A DNA stretch of 64,000 nucleotides from the NCBI GenBank assembly GCA_032718475.1, contig JAUCBJ010005028.1:1-64000 (forward strand). Direction: 5' to 3'. Below, piece after piece: positions 48,420-57,916 of the stretch. The notes beneath the pieces are model-generated. The model was given only the letters and a program-made list of their open reading frames with translations, had not been told where the DNA came from and did no database searches. How positions within the stretch are numbered: position 1 is the stretch's first letter; each line of letters begins with the position of its first letter. A program made the position numbers and the translations under genes. Origin of the DNA: Nemertoderma westbladi (Eukaryota; Animalia; Xenacoelomorpha).

Positions 48420-48785
48420 TTGTCATTGGTCTGTTAGTTAAATGACCAGCCCCCCCCCCCCCCCCCCCACTCCCTTTCCTGCTTGGCTCCATTTTGTTAA
48501 TTCAGATCAGCCGTTTGATTACTGGCTGACTGGTGATTACTGATTGGTTGGTTATCCTAATACCACATTACTCATTCCCATTGGTTGAAGGCTGCTGCTT
48601 CACAGCTACACACACGTGACACATGACACATAGGGAGGAATGATGTAATAATATTGCAATATTATCAACCTTAAACACCTGTAACCTAGCTATTGGTCCG
48701 TGTGGCTGTGTGGTACTACAACTACCCCGTGCTATTACCACGTCGCATATAGTATACGGTATAATAGCTGATTTTGTCACTTTCA
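48420..48785 (+). promoter_or_regulatory. Probable BiP proximal promoter
   Basis: Several inverted CCAAT boxes (about 48425, 48543, 48579, 48692), ACTGG-N9-ATTGG at 48529-48547, CCACGT at about 48738 and an Inr-like TCACTT at about 48777. Confidence 0.45.
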
Positions 48786-49081
48786 AGAATTCAATATTTT
48801 TAGACTACCGGTAGCCGAATACTATATGTTATTTAAATATATATGCTATAAAGTTGTATTTCAAGTAAATATAGCCATCCTTTACTCCTATTTTTTAGAA
48901 ATTCGTTTATAAAAAAAACTAAAGTGAATAACTCGTACGGTTATATACAAACTCAGTTTAAGTTTGGATGAATTGCTACCTACTGTGTACTGACTGACTG
49001 GTTACATTAACTCGAGAATCGAATCGCCCAAGTCATTGAGCTGTTCTTCGACCACCTATTTGTAATTCTTTCATATCCTAA

Positions 49082-49444
<363 letters not shown>

Positions 49445-49823
49445 TAAGTAGAAGTAAATGTCATGCACAACCATAACAAAGTGTTGAGTTTTACAAATGT
49501 GGTCTTAGCGCCCACTCACACGCTCAAGAAAATAACAAAGAAGTTTCTGACTTCATCACACAGTTAATTTTCCATGAGACTTTAGTTTCGTGATGTTGTT
49601 GGTTGTGTCTACTGTCCAGCAACTTAATTGCTGACACCCCCACCCCCCCCCCCCCCTCACCTCTCCCTCCCTCCCTCACACGAGGTACTTTTGTTTGAGA
49701 CCCAAGTTTTAGCAACAAAAGGGGGGGGGGGGGGGCAAAATATGGGCCTAGAGTGATGTATAAGTCTAGAGTTGGTCTAGAAAATTTAACTTGGTGTTGA
49801 ATTAATTTATTTTATTTTCCCAG

Positions 49824-49967
49824 GAAGGTGAGCGATTAGTTGGAGACGCGGCTAAAAACCAACTGACTGGAAACCCAGAGAACACCGTCTACGATGTAAA
49901 GCGACTCATCGGTAGAAATTGGGACGATTCATCCGTACAGAAGGACATTAAAACCTTCCCGTTCTCA
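49824..49967 (+). CDS. HSPA5: BiP coding exon 2
   Basis: cccag|[48 protein letters not shown]|gttagt (phase 0). Confidence 0.95.
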
Positions 49968-50345
49968 GTTAGTTACCTTCCCGTTCTCAGTTAGTTACCT
50001 TCCCGTTCTCAGTTTGTTACCTTCCCGTTCTCAGTTAGTTACCTTCCCGTTCTCAGTTAGTTACCTTCCCGTTCTCAGTTAGTTACCTTCCCGTTCTCAA
50101 GTTAGTTACCTTCCCGTTCCCAGTTAGTTAGTTACCTTCCCCTTCCCGTTCTCCGTTAGTTACCTTCCCCTTCCCGTTCTCCGTTAGTTACCTTCCCGTT
50201 CTCAGTTAGTTACCTTCCCGTTCTCAGTTAGTTAGTTATCTTCCCGTTCTCAGTTAGTTACCTTCCCGTTCTCAGTTAGTTACCTTCCCGTTCTCAAGTT
50301 AGTTACCTTCCCGTTCTCAGTTAGTTACATTCCCGTTCTCAGTTA
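49953..50345 (+). repeat. 22-bp minisatellite (left part) whose first unit spans the exon 2 donor
   Basis: Unit ACCTTCCCGTTCTCAGTTAGTT, about 17 copies. Confidence 0.95.
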
Positions 50346-51639
50346 CACTGAAAAAAGTATCTGCCTGTTTTTTTAAAACATCCACTTCCGATATAAAACG
50401 AGCTGTTCGTAATTTTATAAGTGCCACTTATTTTTTTCATCAACTTAAATAAAAAAAATAAAATAGAAAAATTTTGATTTCTGCAAAAGTGCCTGTTATA
50501 TATTTAAAGTTGATGTTATAATATTCTGACGCATGATGAATGAAGTGGCAGTTATGATTTAAACTAGCTGTTTAAATGGAAGCGGCACTTTTTTTGATAA
50601 GTGATACTTATATGTTTCAAATTCATGTTTATTTAATAAAAATAAAGTGACTGTTTATATTTGTAAACTGGGCCTTTAAAAAATAAACTATACTTTGTCA
50701 AATAAGTAGCACTTTTGGAGGTTTGAGATTGGAAACTGCCACTTTATTTTTATTGGAGGTTTGAGATTGGAAACTGCCACTTTATTTTTATTCAACTTAA
50801 CTGCCAGTTTAGTAAGAAAATCGCCAATTTTAAATAAGAAGATGCACTTTTGTTAGAAGTGGCAGTTAAATACATGTCCTGCTTATTCAAATTTAGAGAC
50901 AGGGGGAAACTGGACGCAAATTCCATCTTGGCGAATTGATATATTGAGTGTCATTTTGGCAAAAGAAATGCCATTTATAAATAAGAAGAGGTACTTTTAC
51001 TAGAAGTGATAGTGAAATACATCAGTCATTCTTATTAATAAAAAAAACACACATATTTTGGTAAATGTATTTCTTGTGTATGTATCTGTCTTAGATTAAT
51101 ATTGGGTTTGATATGGAAAGCGGAATTTTATTTCTTTGATTGGCTTCTTGTGAATAAATGGCCAATAAACAGTAAATTTATTATTTCGATTTAATATTTC
51201 TATTAATATGGGAAATGATTTAAAAACGGCCACTTTATTTATATAAAAATGAGTTTGTTTACAAAAAACAACTTCAACCAATATTAGCCTTAATAGCGCC
51301 CTTATTTTGCCCATATATGGTAGGATGATAATTCTTCATTTTGATTGGTTGGTTGGTTCTTAAAGAGAGAGCCTTCTGCCCAGTCAGTTAATAGCTTACC
51401 GGTAGTGTATAAGGCAGGAAAGGCCTGTATGAGGTGACAGTACTGCAGTACTGCATCACACACAGTACAGCAGTACCGGTAATACACTGTAATATGGTAC
51501 AGTTATCAGAGGCAATACTGCAATAGGCTATCGGTACCGGACCATCTTGCATACATCACAGCATACGGAGGGGATCTACTATCTAGGCCTATACACCCCC
51601 ACCAACCCTAATACTGTCATATGATAGTGTCTGACAGTA

Positions 51640-53553
51640 TCAGAGTGTACTGGTCTGCCCGCTGTCGCCTGCAGGTACGATTGTATGTGTACCAAGGTGT
51701 ACTAAATAAACTGGAGGTTTACAGACTCTGGGTTTAACAACTTTATGAGTAATAACCCGCGGTTTGCTACCCATAAATCCAAATAATACAGACATTTTCG
51801 ATAAAAATAAAAGACTTGGATGGTCTACCCTATCAATAACTTTACGATCTAAATCGTTGAAGCGAATTGCCTCGAAAGTTGTTTTAACATTAACAACCTT
51901 CCACCACTTTAGAACAATTTCTATAAATAAAGCAGTATCCGCGGTGGTAGAAGATAGACTGAGAATACGCAGCGCAGCTACTGTCTTCTCGTTGAATACA
52001 CGCAGGCACAGTTTGACATTTTGTCGCTGTATTGAAGTCGGCCAAACCGAATCGTGATTAAGTTTTGTAAGTTTCAACAAGTTGGTTTTCTCAGCATTAA
52101 ATAGTAGAACAATATCTGACCAACAGGCACATCGAGTTGTTTTTGAAACATCATCAGGATCAAAAAATTCAAGTTTCTGTAATTTTTCCGTTATCCAGTT
52201 ATTTCTAATCAATTTAAGGAGATGCACGGTATCCTTCAGGTGTAATAACGGGGTTGGCGGGGATCGTCCAACCGGAATAGGAAAATCGTGCGCAAACTTA
52301 CGATTCACATTAGTGTTGTCAGTAATAGTTGCCAATACAATACCCCCAAATTCTTCGATCGAATTAATGGCATTCTTTACAACGGTCACTTGGAATGCAG
52401 AATCTAGCGAATTAATTGGTATCATTTTTACAACAAACTTGATGTTCGTGAACAAAAACTTCACCATGAGACACAAAAGAGTCTTCGCCATTTCGTCGGG
52501 TTTGTCAAGAGCCTTGCCGTAAACCTCTCCACTGTGGTAGGTCAATTGTTCACTAACATAGACTTCATCGATTAATATAATTGAGTACTTTGATCGAGGT
52601 TGAAGTTTCGCTAACATTGATTTAATGTAATCGTTTTGAGGGACATTGCTCACCATAGAAGTTAGCGCTTGCAGGGTGCGTATTGACGGCAGTTGTAGCA
52701 AGTCTCTCAATTCAATGTATAATCGACGAGATTTAGAATACAAGTGAAACGCGGTAATTAAATCATACCTCGAATAAATTCGACGATTTTTCGGAATATT
52801 AAGTAATTCTATTTGATGAAGGATAAAGTTCCATTTGGAACGATTAGTTTCATCATCTTCTTTCTCTTCCTGGTCATGTTTAATAAATCGTATGAGTTCC
52901 TCAAGCTCACTCCACATAAGGATATTTCGAATAAATGGATGTATAACCTTCCTTAATCCATAGAAACATCTGAGATTGGCAGATTCTATATTTGTAGCTG
53001 TAGGTAAAGCATTCAAGTGGAGAGACCATAAGGCATAGGGGGTATCAAGGTTTCTTTCTATACTAGATATATAAAATACGTCGTCATGTAATGTAATATC
53101 GGCAACGTCAGAGTAGCGCTTGGAAAACTCACCCAAGAATGTGGGGAATGTAATTGAATCGCGTTGTTTAAACTCAAGCATTTCATCTACCCCAGGAGAC
53201 CGCACTTCGACTGTAGTCTTTGTAGAACTTGGTCGGGGAGGCGGTGGTGGCGTGGGTATGCAGGTTGGCGGAACGTTCGGAAATATGCTGGGAGGATGTA
53301 TCGGCACTCTGGATCCCCCCTGCACGCCTTTAGTTTCTACACCAGGCGGCCAATGCACTGAACAGATTCCCATATTTTTTGTAACATCTTCTGGCTTAAC
53401 GATATTCGGTAGGCGTTGCAACCAGGCTTGCAATGCAAGTGGATCAGTTGGAAAGCGATATATTGGAATTTTTGTCTCCCCTGCTCCTAGAGTTCCATCC
53501 TTGAGTTTATCGTATCCAGTTCGGCAACCTCCAACACTACATTTCCTCGGCAT
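51640..53553 (-). CDS. THAP-domain P-element/THAP9-like transposase, C-terminally truncated
   Basis: MPRKCSVGGC...FP...W...ICSVHW (THAP); LPSIRTL; LIDEVYV; ITDN; DTVHLLKLIRNNW. No third-catalytic-Glu segment; the ORF reads through the TIR to a stop in the flank. Confidence 0.88.
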   Translation of the reverse strand: MPRKCSVGGCRTGYDKLKDGTLGAGETKIPIYRFPTDPLALQAWLQRLPNIVKPEDVTKNMGICSVHWPPGVETKGVQGGSRVPIHPPSIFPNVPPTCIPTPPPPPRPSSTKTTVEVRSPGVDEMLEFKQRDSITFPTFLGEFSKRYSDVADITLHDDVFYISSIERNLDTPYALWSLHLNALPTATNIESANLRCFYGLRKVIHPFIRNILMWSELEELIRFIKHDQEEKEDDETNRSKWNFILHQIELLNIPKNRRIYSRYDLITAFHLYSKSRRLYIELRDLLQLPSIRTLQALTSMVSNVPQNDYIKSMLAKLQPRSKYSIILIDEVYVSEQLTYHSGEVYGKALDKPDEMAKTLLCLMVKFLFTNIKFVVKMIPINSLDSAFQVTVVKNAINSIEEFGGIVLATITDNTNVNRKFAHDFPIPVGRSPPTPLLHLKDTVHLLKLIRNNWITEKLQKLEFFDPDDVSKTTRCACWSDIVLLFNAEKTNLLKLTKLNHDSVWPTSIQRQNVKLCLRVFNEKTVAALRILSLSSTTADTALFIEIVLKWWKVVNVKTTFEAIRFNDLDRKVIDRVDHPSLLFLSKMSVLFGFMGSKPRVITHKVVKPRVCKPPVYLVHLGTHTIVPAGDSGQTSTL

Positions 53554-54041
53554 ATTCAATATCAACTCGGCCTTATACAATTATACAAATTGCGACAACC
53601 AGAATACAGGAATACAGCAATATCAGAATTTACTTTAAGGCAGCTAGCTATTCAATAAGCCATGCCTACTTTCGGCCTACCCACCCCGTACCCGCTAACC
53701 TGTCTACTTTATGACTTTATTAATTAGCTAATTAGCCGCAGAACTGTTAGGCTAGGCCTATTGCTGTAATGAAACAGTAAAAGCCAGAAAGCTGAAATTC
53801 ATTATACTGTTATATCAGCAACAGGTGCCTGACTGCCTGAGTACCGGTACTGTTATACACAACAGCGCAAACTGGTACAGAGAGAGCACTGCCTGAGTGC
53901 TGCACTAGCTGATGCGTAATTTTAGTAATCTTGTGTGATTTAAAATCTTAGGTATACACACTCCCACTTTAATAAAAATGTTCAGCCTCCAATAATTGGA
54001 GGCCAATTCTCGCTGCATGACCTGTTATTTAGTACACCTTG
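51693..54041 (-). mobile_element. P-element-family transposon (internally deleted), nested
   Basis: 17-bp TIRs CAAGGTGTACTAAATAA; 8-bp TSD ATGTGTAC (51685-51692, 54042-54049). Confidence 0.93.
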
Positions 54042-54254
54042 ATGTGTACACACCTGTAACAGTGCAACAGTAACATGCATGCCCCATTACAGCATTACTG
54101 CATTAGAGACCTACATCATTACTCTACAGCTCGAGGACTAGGCCTACTCTACGCACCGTACTGTCAGACTGTAGTTGTAGTACCAGTATGCAGTAGGGCA
54201 GTTAGGCTGTGAGTGCAGTAAGGCAGTAAGGTGGAAGTTAGGAAGTTCATTCAT

Positions 54255-54681
54255 ATGATTCATTCGAGTTCTGAGGAGTCAGACGATGAGTCTGGAGATG
54301 GGATCTCCTCCTCTGATGCTGAGAACGAGCAACGCGGATCTGATTCATCTGATGATCTCTCTCCGGAAGATTCGTCTGCAGAGAACGATAGCGGGTCCCT
54401 TGTTTGGGCGAAAATGTCGAAGCAGGATAACCCATGGCCAGCGCATATACTGGTATAGTCGCGCCTAACGCACATTTTCCTAAACCCACTAAAGGGAAAT
54501 TTGGGGGCGAATACAAATATGTATACTTTTACGGAACCAAAAATTTTTCATGGGTGAAGAATACCCCGGAATATATTCTCCCTTATATTGAGTATAAAGA
54601 CAAGTTCTCTGTGCGGAAGGCCAATATCCCCGTAATGCCAATTTTATATTGGCACTAGGCGAAATACAAAACAATGAATAA
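54255..54681 (+). pseudogene. Acidic N-terminus plus PWWP-domain gene, two frameshifts, carried inside the CACTG element
   Basis: GSLVWAKM..PWPA / IVAPN..YVYFYGTKNFSWV..ILPY..YKDKF / NFILALGEI*. AATAAA at about 54755. Confidence 0.8.
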
Positions 54682-55499
54682 TTATCATTGATTTTTAGGT
54701 GAACAACAAATGTATATCGTTGTTTAAAGTACCTACCATTACCGATACAGCTACAATAAAGTTATAGGGTATATATATTATATATATATATACGGTTATA
54801 TATATATACCTTATAATATATACCTACCCATTACTGTACCATCAACAGGTTTTTAAACAATATTTTTTATTTGTATAATAATTTCAATTATTTTTTGCCA
54901 GTATTATATATTTTTAATTATTTTTTTTATTTATATTTGTACCTATATTATACATCTATATCGTCTTATTTTTATATTTTCTAAATTGAATCATAAGCCA
55001 TTTTGAAACCCATTAGGCCATTTCGTGCTCATGTGCTCATTTCGTGCTCATGTGCTCATTTCGTGCCCTTGATTAGTATAGTTTACCTCTATAACGGGGG
55101 ATATATATAAATTGCCAGTGAGTTTGTTTTTGCTGCTCATATAAATGGGAGGAGTTCAGGTTATTAAACAACGATATATATATATCTACATAAATATAGT
55201 GCTACTTGATTGTGTTTAATTATGTTGTGTTTCTTCCATAGCTGTTTTCTATAGCATTTGTGTTTCCATAGGTAATTTGAAATCTGCATATGTTCAATCT
55301 TTCTATAATAAAACTGCCCAACGTCTGTGAAAAAAGTCTGTGTTATTGTGTTTAATTATGTCACCTATATAATTGTGTTGTGTTTCCATAGCTGTTTTCT
55401 ACAGCATTTGTGTTTCCACAGGTGTTTTCTATAGCATAGGTAATTTGATATGTGCATATGTTCAATCTTTCTATAATCAAACTGCCAAACGTCTGTGAA

Positions 55500-57010
55500 A
55501 AAAGTCTGTGTTATTCAAGAAAAATGCCATTTTTTATATTCAAACTGCCACTTTTATTCAAGCAACATGCATTCTTTTATCAAACAAGAGGATCTCGTCC
55601 AAATAGAAAGTCCGTGTTATTCAAGAAAAATGCCATTTTTTATATTAAACTGCCACTTTTATTCAAGCAACAGGCATTCTTTTATCAAACAAGAGGATCT
55701 CGTCCAAATAGAAAGTCCGTGTTATTCAAGAAAAATGCCATTTTTTATATTAAACTGCCACTTTTATTCAAGCAACATGCATTCTTTTATCAAACAAGAG
55801 GATCTCGTCCAAATAGAAAGTCCGTGTTATTCAAGAAAAATGCCATTTTTTATATTAAACTGCCACTTTTATTCAAGCAACAGGCATTCTTTTATCAAAC
55901 AAGAGGATCTCGTCCAAATAGAAAGTCCGTGTTATTCAAGAAAAATGCCATTTTTTTATATTAAACTGCCACTTTTATTCAAGCAACATGCATTCTTTTA
56001 TCAAACAAGAGGATCTCGTCCAAATAGAAAGTCCGTGTTATTCAAGAAAAATGCCATTTTTTATATTAAACTGCCACTTTTATTCAAGCAACAGGCATTC
56101 TTTTATCAAACAAGAGGATCTCGTCCAAATAGCAAGTCCGTGTTATTCAAGAAAAATGCCATTTTTTATATTAAACTGCCACTTTTATTCAAGCAACAGG
56201 CATTCTTTTATCAAACAAGAGGATCTCGTCCAAATAGAAAGTCCGTGTTATTCAAGAAAAATGCCATTTTTTTTATATTAAACTGCCACTTTTATTCAAG
56301 CAACATGCATTCTTTTATCAAACAAGAGGATCTCGTCCAAATAGAAAGTCCGTGTTATTCAAGAAAAATGCCATTTTTTATATTAAACTGCCACTTTTAT
56401 TCAAGCAACAGGCATTCTTTTATCAAACAAGAGGATCTCGTCCAAATAGAAAGTCCGTGTTATTCAAGAAAAATGCCGTTTTTTTTTATATTAAACTGCC
56501 ACTTTTATTCAAGCAACAGGCATTCTTTTATCAAACAAGAGGATCTCGTCCAAATAGAAAGTCCGTGTTATTCAAGAAAAATGCCGTTTTTTTTTATATT
56601 AAACTGCCACTTTTATTCAAGCAACAGGCATTCTTTTATCAAACAAGAGGATCTCGTCCAAATAGCAAGTCCGTGTTATTCAAGAAAAATGCCATTTTTT
56701 ATATTAAACTGCCACTTTTATTCAAGCAACAGGCATTCTTTTATCAAACAAGAGGATCTCGTCCAAATAGAAAGTCCGTGTTATTCAAGAAAAATGCCGT
56801 TTTTTTTTATATTAAACTGCCACTTTTATTCAAGCAACATGCATTCTTTTATCAAACAAGAGGATCTCGTCCAAATAGAAAGTCTGTGTTATTCAAGAAA
56901 AATGCCATTTTTTATATTAAACTGCCACTTTTATTCAAGCAACTTGCATTCTTTTATCAAACAAGAGGATCTCGTCCAAATAGAAAGTCCGTGTTATTCA
57001 AGAAAAAGGC
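55500..57010. repeat. 105-bp satellite (5 x 21-bp subunits), about 14 copies
   Basis: AAACTGCCACTTTTATTCAAG... starts at 55542, 55647 and so on; the long ORFs over it are artefacts. Confidence 0.95.
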
Positions 57011-57209
57011 CATCTTATAAAAATTAAACAACCACTTATTAATTTTATAACTGCAGGTTTGATAAGCCTAATAAGTGTTAGTTTATTTGAAATTTTTTAA
57101 CCGCAGGTTTTCCAAAAAAGCGCCTCGTTCTGGTGTTGCACTTTAAGCGCAACTTTTTTGGAAAACCGGTGGTTTTTTAGTAAAAAAACGCCAGTTACTT
57201 CTTTCAGTG

Positions 57210-57680
57210 TAGTTACCTTCCCGTTCTCAGTTAGTTAGTTACCTCCCCCTTCCCGTTCTCAGATAGTTACCTTCCCGTTCTCAGTTAGTTAGTTACCTTC
57301 CCCTTCCCGTTCTCAGTTAGTTACCTTCCCGTTCTCAGTTAGTTAGTTACCTTCCCGTTCTCAGTTAGTTACATTCCCGTTCTCAGTTAGTTACCTTCCC
57401 GTTCTCAGTTAGTTAGTTACCTTCCCGTTCTCAGATAGTTACCTTCCCGTTCTCAGTTAGTTAGTTACCTTCCCCTTCCCGTTCTCAGTTAGTTACCTTC
57501 CCGTTCTCAGTTAGTTAGTTACCTTCCCGTTCTCAGTTAGTTACCTTCCCGTTCTCAGTTAGTTACCTTCCCGTTCTCAAGTAGTTAGTTACCTTCCCGT
57601 TCTCAGTTAGTTACCTTCCCGTTCTCAGTTAGTTAGTTACCTTCCCCTTCCCGTTTTCAGTTATAGTTACCTTTCCGTTT
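57210..57680 (+). repeat. 22-bp minisatellite (right part)
   Basis: Same unit as 49953-50345, about 19 copies, ending about 30 bp before the exon 3 acceptor. Confidence 0.95.
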
Positions 57681-57712
57681 ATCTTATTTCTCCCATTTTT
57701 ATTATACCGCAG

Positions 57713-57823
57713 GTGTTTGAAAAATCCCAAAGGCCCAGCATTCGTGTAAATATTGGCGACGAAGGAGCTAAATCATTTACACCGGAGGAAATATCCGCAA
57801 TGATTCTGGGAAAAATGAAAGAG
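57713..57823 (+). CDS. HSPA5: BiP coding exon 3
   Basis: ccgcag|VFEKSQRPSIRVNIGDEGAKSFTPEEISAMILGKMKE|gtaggt. The remaining exons lie beyond the window. Confidence 0.95.
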
Positions 57824-57916
57824 GTAGGTGCCATGTGATTGTCCATTAAACTAGCACAATATCCATTAATTGCAATTACCTCTAACAAGGGCAATAATAA
57901 TTATGGCTAACGAATC

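Larger units (their letters stand above)
50346..57209. mobile_element. CMC/EnSpm-like non-autonomous DNA transposon (6.9 kb)
   Basis: Termini CACTGAAAAAAGTA ... TACTTCTTTCAGTG with 2-bp TA TSD; removal restores the minisatellite unit. About 21-bp-phased AAACTGCCACTTT-like subterminal motifs. Confidence 0.8.

Noticed and set aside
55452-57027. ORFs of 97-510 aa
   Set aside because: Translations of the 105-bp satellite; repetitive, with frames switching at T-runs.
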